From an uncultured Bacilli bacterium (GTDB lineage Bacteria > Bacillota_I > Bacilli_A > RF39 > UBA660), in the NCBI GenBank assembly GCA_934101575.1, contig CAKORJ010000001.1:541972-605971 (forward strand): a stretch of 64,000 bases of DNA, read 5' to 3'. Below are positions 37,612 through 46,909 of this stretch, piece by piece; the stretch's first letter is position 1, and each line of letters begins with the position of its first letter. The notes below the pieces were generated by a model. That model had not been told where the DNA came from. It worked only from the letters and a program-made list of their open reading frames with translations, and ran no database searches. A program made the translations under genes and the position numbers.

Positions 37612-38208
37612 TTAAGCTTCTTTGCTTGAATTCTTTTTGGTTTCTTTTGTTTTATTTTCTGTTGTTTGTTTTTCTTTATTTTTGTATGGAATTCCTTCTT
37701 TTTTAGTATCTTTTTTAGGTTTTTGGGAGTTTATTTTTAGAGTTCCTGTGAAACTATTACTATCAACTTGTTTTCCGTTATAGGTTATTGTTATTTTATA
37801 TGTATGAGTTTTTCCTGCTTGGATTGCTACGGAATTAAAGATTTTAGAATCTGCGGCGGGAACTTGAGATTTTCCTAAGGATGCGGCTCTATCTCCTTCA
37901 CCTTTTATTGTATATAATAATTTGTTTTGTTCTGTGAATGTATTTGATACTTTTAACCAAGATAGACTATATGTTTTTAAGTCTTTAGTTGGATTAGTAA
38001 CAGTTATTTCTTTTTCTGTGGTGTAAGATCCAGATGGGTTTTTAATTGTTATTTGATCTCCATCTTTATAAGTTATTTTTAAAGAGTTTACTTCAGTACT
38101 AGTATCTTTAGTACAGAAATAGATTCCTAATGCTATAGCAATAATTAATACTATAGTAATAATTATTAATAATATTTTATGTTTTTTAATAAAATTCATT
38201 TTAATCAT
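37612..38208 (-). CDS. small membrane-anchored beta-rich protein, possibly a TasA/camelysin-like domain paralog; co-oriented 18 nt downstream of 38227-41412
   Basis: 198 aa. N-terminal TM. Weak similarity of KNPSGSYTTEKEITVTNPT to ENTGSYPAKYDLKL of the larger paralogs. Lys-rich tail. Confidence 0.4.
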   Translation of the reverse strand: MIKMNFIKKHKILLIIITIVLIIAIALGIYFCTKDTSTEVNSLKITYKDGDQITIKNPSGSYTTEKEITVTNPTKDLKTYSLSWLKVSNTFTEQNKLLYTIKGEGDRAASLGKSQVPAADSKIFNSVAIQAGKTHTYKITITYNGKQVDSNSFTGTLKINSQKPKKDTKKEGIPYKNKEKQTTENKTKETKKNSSKEA

Positions 38209-38226
38209 TTCCTTTCTTTTTATATT

Positions 38227-41200
38227 TTAACTGGCTAGTGTGAATGATTTGCCATAATTAGGAGAAGCATATGTACTTGAGGAAGAACCATACCATTTAT
38301 ATGTTTCATTTGTTAGAGAACCTGTTGTTTTTGGTATAGTTACTGACCAGGTTGTAGCTTTAGAGCCTGCTGAATCAAACATATAACTCATATTTGTTAC
38401 ACTTGATGTATTCCAGTTTGATAAGTTTAAATTAAAGGTTGTGGAATTATAGCCTGCAGAATAAAACATATACTCCATATTTGTTACACTTGATACATCC
38501 CAGTTTGACAAATCTCCTATACTCCAGGTTGTGACTTTAAAGCCTGCTGAATGGAACATATGACTCATACTTACTACACTTGATGTGTTCCAGTTGGATA
38601 TATCTCCTATATTCCAGGTTGTGGCACTATTGCCTGCATAATAAAACATTTCGCTCATACTTACTACACTTGATGTGTTCCAGGTTGACAAATCTCCTAT
38701 ACTCCAGGTTGTGGCATTAGAGCCTGCTTTAAAAAACATCCTACTCATATCCGTAACATTTGATGTATTCCAGTTGGATATATTTCCTATATTCCAGGTT
38801 GTGGCACTATTGCCTGCATAATAAAACATATACTCCATATTTGTTACACTTGATACATCCCATTTTGACAAATCTCCTATACTCCAGGTTGTGGCATTAG
38901 AGCCTGCAGAATTAAACATTCCATACATATTTGTTACACTTGATGTATTCCAGTTTGATAAGTTTAAATTAAAGGTTGTGGAATTATAGCCTGCTTCACC
39001 AAACATATACCTCATATTTATTACGTTTGATACATCCCATTTTGATATGTCTCCTATTGTCCAGGTTGTGGCATCAGAGCCTGCATAATAAAACATCTCA
39101 CTCATATCTGTTACACTTGAGGTATTCCAATTTGATAAGTCTCCTATACTCCAGGTTGTGGTATTATTACCTGCAAAACCAAACATATAACTCATATTTG
39201 TTACACTTGATGTATTCCAGTTTGATAAACCTCCTATACTCCAGGTTGTGGCATTAGAGCCTGCAGAATAAAACATTCTATACATATTTGTTACTTTTGA
39301 TGCATCTAAATTTGTAAAATCTCCTTTTTCCATATTAGTTAAATTGGAAAACCAATCTGCTGTTGATATAGGAGTTATTTTCCGTCCTATTTCTACACTT
39401 TTTATTGAATATCGCTCATTTTCCCATAATTGTGTATTAGACATAACATATGAATTACTTTCACTCATAGCTTCATATTCATATGTTATTGCTCCATGTT
39501 TTTCTATATTACTATCTCTATTACCTAATGTTTCATTTATTATTAGTGTTCCATCTGTATATAAAGTTGTTACTGAATCTACAAATTTAACTGTACATGT
39601 TGTGTCATTTGTTACATTGCTTATTGTTAATATATTATTGTTTATTGTTCCATTTTGATTATTTGTGCAAGTTACTTTACCTATTGTATCTGATTTGGTT
39701 GGCACTAAATTAAATGTTCCATTTTTATTGTATTCAATTTGTTTCGTTGCATCTCCATTTATTGTTCCGTTTTGTACTATAACATTCACATTATATTTAT
39801 TTGTTTCCCATATTGCATATAAGTCTATTTGATCTTGTTCTTTTACTGTTTTTTCTAAATTTGTTAAATCACTTTCATCTTGATATTTTATATTTGTTTC
39901 ATTTTTATTTGTATTCCAACCTTTAAATGTGTAATGCTTTTTTATCCAATTATTTTTCTTTAATTTATTATTTTGCCCTACTGTGAATGTTGAGGTTTTT
40001 ATTCCGTTATTGTCATTTGATATTAGTTTTATATTTTTTATATAGGCTTTGTTTACTGCTGTAGTAGTTTCTAGTTTTTTTGTTATTGGAGAATTTTCAT
40101 CATCTTCTTGATAAGCAGCTGGTGCTCCGCTATTTGGATTATCAGTATAGGCAAATTCTATATAACGAGTTTCTTTTGGCAATGTTATTACTATTGGATT
40201 ATATTCCCCCTCAATTAACTCATTATGATTGATGGTTACAGAATCTAAATATTTAAACCCTTCTCCTGCTATAGTGATTTCTAATATTCCATATGTCATA
40301 GCACAATCAAATTCTAGCTGTTTTTCCTCAGATAAACTAATTTCTTTATACATCATTGATTTTATATATTCGTTTGCTAGTGATTTTGTATTTGATGTTT
40401 TTGAATATGATTGAGGTTCCCCTGATGAGGATGGTATATCTGAACTTTCATATACACCATTATTTAGTTGCCATTTATAAGGATTTTCACCATCCCCTGG
40501 ATAATAATCTACATCGATTGTTACATCTTCTTCTGTTCTTATTTCTTTGGTATTTGGATGATACTTAACTGTATATGTATTTGGATTCCATACTGCATAT
40601 AATGTTTTGTTTTGATCGTTTTGATTTTGTGTTAGATTGGTTGCTGTATTTTGATCTTGGTACTCTACTTCTCCATTATTTGTTGTTGACCAACCTTTGA
40701 ATGTGTATCCTCCTCTGGTAAAGGTATTTTTTCTTAAATTATTTGTTGTATTTTGATTGTATATGCTTGCTGCCATTTGTCCTTCTCCACCATTTGGACT
40801 ATAAGTTATAATATAACTTCCTTCGTTTTCTGTTGATCCTACTCCTATTTTGAATTTATATTGTTGTTTAGTGTTTTCATCCCATTCTTTTACTTGAACA
40901 TCTTGATCTATCCATACTCTTATTCTGTACTTATCTACTTGTGTATTATTTGTTTCGCTATGAATATTTACATCTTCATATAGGTTATAATTATCTAACT
41001 CACTTATTTTTAATGGTCCTAATATTTTGTTATTATCTGTATCTGTTAAATATATTTTTATTTGATCATCTGTTAGACTTGTGTATCCTGTATCTGTTTG
41101 TAGTTTTTCTATACTTAGTTTGTACCCTAGTTTCATATTAGAGCTTGATTTTGTTTCTACGGCAAAGTCAAATACATTACCTGTTCCTTCTTGAACCATT

Positions 41201-41412
41201 CCTTGTTCATCTGATATAGGTAATTGATTTTCTAAAGTTATTATTTCTTTGTTTGATTCTAATAGTTTTATTGATACATCTGTAGTACTTATGGTGTTAT
41301 CTTTTCCTATAAATGAATAATCAAAATATGCATAACTTGCTCCGACCAAAACTAATAACGCTACTAAAAGCATGGTTAGTCTTGGTAGCTTTGATTTATT
41401 TTTTATTTCCAT
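38227..41412 (-). CDS. large surface protein with three parts: SipW-cognate-like signal plus TasA/camelysin-like N-domain, two Listeria-Bacteroides (Flg_new) repeats, and about 11 tandem DUF285 (Mycoplasma/Listeria 26-30-aa surface repeat) units
   Basis: 1061 aa. Signal ...VGASYAYFDYSFIG. GYTFKGWSTTNNGEVEY and HYTFKGWNTNKNE motifs. C-terminal repeats TTWSIGDLSNWNTSSVTNMSYMF.AG.N. N-domain paralogous to the 9910-12513 protein. Confidence 0.65.
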   Translation of the reverse strand: MEIKNKSKLPRLTMLLVALLVLVGASYAYFDYSFIGKDNTISTTDVSIKLLESNKEIITLENQLPISDEQGMVQEGTGNVFDFAVETKSSSNMKLGYKLSIEKLQTDTGYTSLTDDQIKIYLTDTDNNKILGPLKISELDNYNLYEDVNIHSETNNTQVDKYRIRVWIDQDVQVKEWDENTKQQYKFKIGVGSTENEGSYIITYSPNGGEGQMAASIYNQNTTNNLRKNTFTRGGYTFKGWSTTNNGEVEYQDQNTATNLTQNQNDQNKTLYAVWNPNTYTVKYHPNTKEIRTEEDVTIDVDYYPGDGENPYKWQLNNGVYESSDIPSSSGEPQSYSKTSNTKSLANEYIKSMMYKEISLSEEKQLEFDCAMTYGILEITIAGEGFKYLDSVTINHNELIEGEYNPIVITLPKETRYIEFAYTDNPNSGAPAAYQEDDENSPITKKLETTTAVNKAYIKNIKLISNDNNGIKTSTFTVGQNNKLKKNNWIKKHYTFKGWNTNKNETNIKYQDESDLTNLEKTVKEQDQIDLYAIWETNKYNVNVIVQNGTINGDATKQIEYNKNGTFNLVPTKSDTIGKVTCTNNQNGTINNNILTISNVTNDTTCTVKFVDSVTTLYTDGTLIINETLGNRDSNIEKHGAITYEYEAMSESNSYVMSNTQLWENERYSIKSVEIGRKITPISTADWFSNLTNMEKGDFTNLDASKVTNMYRMFYSAGSNATTWSIGGLSNWNTSSVTNMSYMFGFAGNNTTTWSIGDLSNWNTSSVTDMSEMFYYAGSDATTWTIGDISKWDVSNVINMRYMFGEAGYNSTTFNLNLSNWNTSSVTNMYGMFNSAGSNATTWSIGDLSKWDVSSVTNMEYMFYYAGNSATTWNIGNISNWNTSNVTDMSRMFFKAGSNATTWSIGDLSTWNTSSVVSMSEMFYYAGNSATTWNIGDISNWNTSSVVSMSHMFHSAGFKVTTWSIGDLSNWDVSSVTNMEYMFYSAGYNSTTFNLNLSNWNTSSVTNMSYMFDSAGSKATTWSVTIPKTTGSLTNETYKWYGSSSSTYASPNYGKSFTLAS
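38295..39315 (-). repeat. near-identical 78-90-bp tandem coding repeats (DUF285 units)
   Basis: Recurring strings such as atactccaggttgtggcattagagcctgc at multiple positions (about 38520, 38700, 38880, 39150, 39238). Confidence 0.7.
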
Positions 41413-41520
41413 ATCTATGTACTCCTTTTAGTATATATAAGAATATTTTACTATTATTTTGTTTTTTTTACAATAGAAAAAGAAGATTTTTTGTCTTCTC
41501 TATGTTTTAATACTACTACT

Positions 41521-42546
41521 TTATTTTTTTAATAGTTTTTTTAGTGTTACTAATTTATAATAGCTATATGGTTTATAAATTTTATTTATTTTACCTATAT
41601 ATTCTTCTATTCCTTGTTTTTTACAGAATCCTGTTTTAAATCTATATAATCCATTACTTTTTTCCATATAAACTATTCCACCAAAGTTATACACTTTGCA
41701 CTTTTCTTTTAATCCCCATTTTATCATTTCCATCTGCATTTTATAATTTGGCATTAGATTTCTATGATTATTTGAACTTGCTCCATACACATAATATAGT
41801 TCATTTCCATAACAAGTTGCTATTGCCGCGGATAATGGCTCTTTATTATACTCTACTATGTATATTCTTAACTGATGTTTATCATAGGCTTCTAACATTC
41901 TTTCAAAATATTCATAAGGACGAAATCCTATTTTATCTCTTTCTGTTGTTATTTTATATATGTCATAGAATATTTTTAAATCTTTTTTATTGTGAGAATA
42001 TCTTACTTTTAGTCCGTGTCTATCTGCTAGTTTTATGTTATATCTTGTTTTTTGAGAAAATTCTTTTAGTAAGTCTTCTTCTGTTTTCCCTTCTAGATAA
42101 AGTTTAGCCTCAAACTTTGGATTTATCATATCTTTAGGATCAGAATTTCTTTTTTGAGTTTTGTAACCATTTTTTCTTAAAACCTTTTTTAGGTTCTCAT
42201 CGTTTTTTATACATGGATCACATGTAAACATATATGCATTATATTTTTTAGCAATTTTATCTACCTCAGACATTAATTCATTTAATGTTTTTATATCATA
42301 AATATCACATACTGGTCCTCTTGGAGAGTATAAAAAAGATACTTTTGTACCCGGAACTTTTTGTATTAATATTAGCATTCCTGCATATATTCTATTATTT
42401 TTTTCTAAGTACACGCACTCTTTATCCCAATTATTTTTTACGATACTCCAGTTCAAATTTTGAGTAAAACTTACTAAATTATTGTTTTCTAAAAATTTAT
42501 TATATTTTTTCACTTCGTTTTTGTTATTGAAATCAAGTATTGCCAT
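41521..42546 (-). CDS. FemAB-family peptidoglycan cross-bridge aminoacyltransferase (FemX/MurM-like)
   Basis: 341 aa. FemAB-type N- and C-domains (LNWSIVKNNWDKE..., YNFGGI). Size typical of FemX. Confidence 0.75.
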   Translation of the reverse strand: MAILDFNNKNEVKKYNKFLENNNLVSFTQNLNWSIVKNNWDKECVYLEKNNRIYAGMLILIQKVPGTKVSFLYSPRGPVCDIYDIKTLNELMSEVDKIAKKYNAYMFTCDPCIKNDENLKKVLRKNGYKTQKRNSDPKDMINPKFEAKLYLEGKTEEDLLKEFSQKTRYNIKLADRHGLKVRYSHNKKDLKIFYDIYKITTERDKIGFRPYEYFERMLEAYDKHQLRIYIVEYNKEPLSAAIATCYGNELYYVYGASSNNHRNLMPNYKMQMEMIKWGLKEKCKVYNFGGIVYMEKSNGLYRFKTGFCKKQGIEEYIGKINKIYKPYSYYKLVTLKKLLKK

Positions 42547-42591
42547 ATTATTACTCCTAACCTACATTAGGTATTATATCATTTATTAGTT

Positions 42592-43608
42592 TTATTTCAA
42601 GACATTTGTAGCTATTTTGTTTATTAATTCATCATAGCTTATTCCACTTGCTTTGGCCTCTTGTGGTAATAGGCTTATGTTTGTTAACCCTGGTAATGAA
42701 TTAGCTTCTAAAAAATAGATTTTATTTTGTTGTGTTAGAATGAAGTCTACTCTTGAATAGTAATCTAGTTTCAGACATTTGTGGATTTTTAAAGCAGTTT
42801 GGCAAAGGTCATTTTTAATTTTATCTGGTATATCTGCCGGACATATTTCTGTGGTGTTACCTGTTTGATATTTATTTTCATAATCATAGAACCCTGTTTT
42901 CGGTATTATTTCTATTGGTTCTAGGGCTTTGTTATTTAGGATTCCTACTGAGAATTCTCTTCCTTTTATTAGGTCTTCTACTATTACTTTGTTTTCATAT
43001 TCTTTGGCATAGTTTATTGCTTTGTCTAATTGATTTTTTTCTGTTACTAGGGATACTCCAACACTTGATCCTTCACTTATTGGTTTTATTACACATGGTA
43101 AGGTTATTTCTTCTTTTTTGATGTCTTTTATGTTTAATACTTTCCATTTTGGTGTTAGGATATTATTTTCTTTTACTAGTATTTTAGCTAATTCTTTGTT
43201 CATTGATAGTAAACTTCCTTCATAGTTTGTCCCTGTATGTTTTATGCCGTATATATCAAATAATGCTTGTATTTTACCATTTTCTCCGTCTGCTCCATGT
43301 AAGGCTATAAAGACTAAGTCTGCTTCTTTACAGAGTTCTAGCACTCCTTTTCCTATTAGTTCTGTTTGTTTTTTTATTTTTATTTTATTTAAATCTGGCT
43401 CATGTTTTGGTATTTTATAAGTATATATATTCTTATCATCTTTGGTTTTGTATTCTGGTTTTATATCTTTGTTATTTATTCCTAAATATAAATCTAATAA
43501 CATAACAGTGTGTCCACTTTTTATTAGTGAGTTTGCTACTAGGGTTCCTGTTTTTAGTGATACATCTCGTTCTGTTGATAAACCTCCGGCTAGGACTATT
43601 ATTTTCAT
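42592..43608 (-). CDS. ddl: D-alanine--D-alanine ligase
   Basis: 338 aa. MKIIVLAGGLSTERDVSLKTG N-terminus. ATP-grasp motifs. Confidence 0.85.
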   Translation of the reverse strand: MKIIVLAGGLSTERDVSLKTGTLVANSLIKSGHTVMLLDLYLGINNKDIKPEYKTKDDKNIYTYKIPKHEPDLNKIKIKKQTELIGKGVLELCKEADLVFIALHGADGENGKIQALFDIYGIKHTGTNYEGSLLSMNKELAKILVKENNILTPKWKVLNIKDIKKEEITLPCVIKPISEGSSVGVSLVTEKNQLDKAINYAKEYENKVIVEDLIKGREFSVGILNNKALEPIEIIPKTGFYDYENKYQTGNTTEICPADIPDKIKNDLCQTALKIHKCLKLDYYSRVDFILTQQNKIYFLEANSLPGLTNISLLPQEAKASGISYDELINKIATNVLK

Positions 43609-43665
43609 TTTATTTCCTCCTTTGTTTTATTATATGCTTTTATATTATATCATTTTTTTCATAAT

Positions 43666-43692
43666 AAAAACACTCTTTGAAGAGTGCTTTTG
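43666..43692. terminator. hairpin terminator downstream of the SASP gene
   Basis: CACTCTT-tga-AGAGTG flanked by A and T runs. Confidence 0.55.
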
Positions 43693-43703
43693 ATTTATAT
43701 TAA

Positions 43704-43913
43704 CTATTTGTTAGAATAACCACTTAATTGTGACATTCCTCTTTCAACTAAACGTTTTGTGATTTCTCCTCCTACAGAACCGTTTGCTCTTGAAGTTGCA
43801 TCTGGTCCTAGGTTAACACCAAATTCTCTAGCTATTTCGTATTTCATACCATCGATAGCTTGTTTAGCTCCAGGAACAACTAGTTTTTTATTGTTGCTGT
43901 TTCCTTGATTCAT
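43704..43913 (-). CDS. small acid-soluble spore protein, alpha/beta type
   Basis: [56 protein letters not shown], a canonical alpha/beta SASP signature. AGGAGG RBS 8 nt before this ATG. ORF track starts 9 nt earlier at GTG. Confidence 0.85.
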   Translation of the reverse strand: MNQGNSNNKKLVVPGAKQAIDGMKYEIAREFGVNLGPDATSRANGSVGGEITKRLVERGMSQLSGYSNK

Positions 43914-43936
43914 TATTTTCACCTCCTATACATTTA

Positions 43937-43965
43937 TAGAATGTGAAAATATTGTCATTTCATAC
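43937..43965 (-). promoter_or_regulatory. putative forespore (sigma-F/G-type) promoter of the SASP gene
   Basis: -35 GTATG, 17 bp, -10 CATTCTA (CATNNTA-like), about 20 nt upstream of the RBS. Confidence 0.35.
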
Positions 43966-44008
43966 ATTATTTATATTGGTAATTTATACCTGTATAGTCT
44001 TTTATTTT

Positions 44009-45190
44009 TTAAAGTATGTTTTCAAATTCATTTTTGTCTTCTATTTTTATTATTTTTGTATTTTCTATTGTTTCTTTTATTAATTCTTCATAATTTATTT
44101 TTTGTTCATATTCTACACATTTATCTTGTTTAGGATTAATTACTGGATGTTTTGGTACAAATATTGTACAACAATCTTCATATGGTAAAATACTTGTTTC
44201 ATAAGTGTTTATTTTTTTTGCTATATCTATTATTTCTAATTTATCAAAACATGCGACTGGTCTTATAACTGGTATTTTTACTACTTCATTAATAGCATTC
44301 ATGCTTGTTAATGTTTGGGACGCTACTTGCCCTATTGATTCCCCATTTATTAAAATTAAATCTTTGTGTTTTCTTGCTATTTGTTCGCTTATTCTGTACA
44401 TCATTCTTCTTAATATTGTTATTATGTAGGTACTGTCTATTTTTTGATAAATTTCTTCTTGAAGTTTAGTAATTGGTACTATATATAAATTAAAACTTGA
44501 AGAATATTTTAATAGTTCTTTTGCTAGGTTTATTACTTTTTCTCTAGCATTTAAACTTGTATGAGGAATTGCTTCAAAATAAATTGCTTCTATTTTTACT
44601 CCTCTTTTTAATGAGAGATATCCGGCGACTGGAGAATCTATTCCTCCGGATAGCATTAATAAGCCTTTTCCTGCTACTCCGACTGGGTATCCTCCTAGTC
44701 CTTTTATTTCGTTAAAATATATATATGTTTCGTCTTTGTTAATTTCTATATTTATATATATATCTGGATTATGTACGTCTACTTTTATATCTTTTATATT
44801 TTTTAAAATAGAAGTTGCTATGACTTTATTAAACTCCATGCTTGATATAGGAAAAGATTTATCTCTTCTTTTAGATACTACTTTGAAAGTTTTAAAATTT
44901 GTTTTTTGTAGGTTTTCTAGTGTTACCGTACATATATCTTCTTTATTAGTATTTGCTTTATGAGCGATATTAAACGCATGAATTCCAAATGTATTTTTTA
45001 GGACTTTTATTATTTCTTTTTGATATTTGTCTTCAAATGTTATATACATTCTTGAACGATCTTTTATTATTTTGGCATCATATTTTTTTATTTTTTCATT
45101 TATATTTTTTGATAATATATTTATAAATTCTTTTCTGTTATCTTTTTTGGTTGTTAATTCTCCATATTTTATTAATATAATACTTTCCAT
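44009..45190 (-). CDS. thiI: tRNA 4-thiouridine synthase ThiI
   Basis: 393 aa. THUMP N-domain. PP-loop LLMLSGGIDSPVAG. Confidence 0.85.
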   Translation of the reverse strand: MESIILIKYGELTTKKDNRKEFINILSKNINEKIKKYDAKIIKDRSRMYITFEDKYQKEIIKVLKNTFGIHAFNIAHKANTNKEDICTVTLENLQKTNFKTFKVVSKRRDKSFPISSMEFNKVIATSILKNIKDIKVDVHNPDIYINIEINKDETYIYFNEIKGLGGYPVGVAGKGLLMLSGGIDSPVAGYLSLKRGVKIEAIYFEAIPHTSLNAREKVINLAKELLKYSSSFNLYIVPITKLQEEIYQKIDSTYIITILRRMMYRISEQIARKHKDLILINGESIGQVASQTLTSMNAINEVVKIPVIRPVACFDKLEIIDIAKKINTYETSILPYEDCCTIFVPKHPVINPKQDKCVEYEQKINYEELIKETIENTKIIKIEDKNEFENIL

Positions 45191-45229
45191 AATGCATACC
45201 TCTTTTTATTAAAAAATAAGCTTAAAAGC

Positions 45230-46486
45230 TTATTTTTCGTTTTCTTTCATTAATAGTTCTAATACTTTTTTAACTTCTAATTCGTACTTTAACATTTCTT
45301 TTTCACCATACATGTTTAAGAATTCTTCTTTTGAAACGTTATATTGTTTTGATAATTTTTCTAATTCTTCATCTGTTTCTTTATCTGTTACTTTTATTTT
45401 TTCTAGGTCTTTTACTGTTTCTAGAATTATTCTATATAGTACATGTTTTTGTGCTTCTTCTTTCATTTGTTCTTTTAGTTTTTCTTCATTTGATTTTGTC
45501 ATTTCATAGAATACTTCTAAAGATAAACCTTGCATTCTTATTTGTTCTTCGAAGTTTTTAAGCATATGGGCTAATTCATCTTCTATTAGTTCTTCTGGAA
45601 TATCTACTTTTGTATTTTCTGCTACTTTTGCTAATATTTCTTCGACAAAAGCATTTTCTGCATCTCTTTCTTTAGATACTTTTATATTTTCTTTTATTTC
45701 TTCTCTTAGTTTTTCTTCAGAATCTATTCCTTCTAAACCTAAATCTTCGAAGAAGTCTTCATCTAATTCTCTTGCTTTCTTTTCTTTTATTTCATGTACT
45801 TTTACTTTAAATGTTACTTCTTGTCCTTTTAAGTCTTCTTGATGATAATCTTCTGGGAATGTTACTTTTATTTCTTTTTCTTCGCCTTTTTTCATTTTGA
45901 TTACTTGGTCTTCAAATCCTGGAATGAATGTGTTTGATCCTATTTCTAATGAATAGTTTTCTCCTTTTCCTCCGTCAAATGGTTTTCCATCTTTGAATCC
46001 TTCGAAGTCTATTACTGCGACATTTCCAAGTTCTACTTCTCCGTCTTCTTTTATAACAAGTTCTGTAAATCTTTCTACTACATGTCCTAATTCATGATCT
46101 ATTTCTTCTTCTGTTACTTCTACTTCTGGTCTTTTGATATTAAGTCCTTTGTATTTTTTTATTTCTACTTTTGGCATAGTAGTGATTGTGAATTTTAGTT
46201 CTACTCCATCTTCACTTATACTATTTATTTCTACTTTTGGATCTATTATTGGTTTATAATTTGCCATTACTTTATCGTAGGCATTTGGTAATATTATATC
46301 TAATGCATCCATGTATAAGCTTTCTTTTCCTACTTTTTTAAAGTATACATCTTTTGGTACTTTTCCTTTTCTAAAACCATCCATTTTTAATTCTGGTTTT
46401 TTCTTTTCAAATGCTTTATCTATTGCATTTTGGAATTCTTTTTTTTCTATTTTTACTATTTCTTCAAAAACGTTATCTTTTTTCAT
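45230..46486 (-). CDS. tig: trigger factor
   Basis: 418 aa. N-terminal ribosome-binding GFRKGKVPKDVY motif. PPIase middle domain. Acidic C-domain. Confidence 0.9.
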   Translation of the reverse strand: MKKDNVFEEIVKIEKKEFQNAIDKAFEKKKPELKMDGFRKGKVPKDVYFKKVGKESLYMDALDIILPNAYDKVMANYKPIIDPKVEINSISEDGVELKFTITTMPKVEIKKYKGLNIKRPEVEVTEEEIDHELGHVVERFTELVIKEDGEVELGNVAVIDFEGFKDGKPFDGGKGENYSLEIGSNTFIPGFEDQVIKMKKGEEKEIKVTFPEDYHQEDLKGQEVTFKVKVHEIKEKKARELDEDFFEDLGLEGIDSEEKLREEIKENIKVSKERDAENAFVEEILAKVAENTKVDIPEELIEDELAHMLKNFEEQIRMQGLSLEVFYEMTKSNEEKLKEQMKEEAQKHVLYRIILETVKDLEKIKVTDKETDEELEKLSKQYNVSKEEFLNMYGEKEMLKYELEVKKVLELLMKENEK

Positions 46487-46597
46487 ATATATCTCTCCTT
46501 CTCAGGGTTTATTATATAATATTTTTTGTTTTTATACAAGGGTAATTTTTATATTTGTTGCTTATGTTAGATTAAAAAAAACAATACAAAAAGTGTA

Positions 46598-46900
46598 TTA
46601 TTTCTTCTTTATTAAGTACTTTATTAAATAAACTAAGAACATTATAAATACTATTACTAGGAGCCATGATAATATATCACATATTACTCCATTTGTATAT
46701 TTTGTTATTATACTAAATAGTGATGATGGGATATATTTATTTATGAATGGATTAATATTTATTACTGGTATATTATCTCCTATATAATGGATTAATCTAA
46801 AGAATATTTCTAGTATTCCTATTAGATATGTTACGAATTTTATGTCTTTGTAGAGTACTACTACTCCGACTATTAATATTATTATTATTACTAAGTCCAT
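46598..46900 (-). CDS. small hypothetical membrane protein
   Basis: 100 aa, 3 predicted TM segments. No similarity recognised. Confidence 0.35.
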   Translation of the reverse strand: MDLVIIIILIVGVVVLYKDIKFVTYLIGILEIFFRLIHYIGDNIPVININPFINKYIPSSLFSIITKYTNGVICDILSWLLVIVFIMFLVYLIKYLIKKK

Positions 46901-46909
46901 ATTTCCTCC

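Noticed and set aside
38295-39315. Regularly spaced near-identical DNA repeats considered as a CRISPR array
   Set aside because: The units are 78-90 bp, lie in frame inside a long ORF, and encode DUF285 protein repeats. There are no short unique spacers. The same applies to the 66-bp units at 21600-22565.
43704-43922. GTG start at 43922 for the SASP gene (as in the ORF track)
   Set aside because: The GTG overlaps a perfect AGGAGG Shine-Dalgarno that sits 8 nt before the next in-frame ATG (43913). The ATG is the more plausible start.
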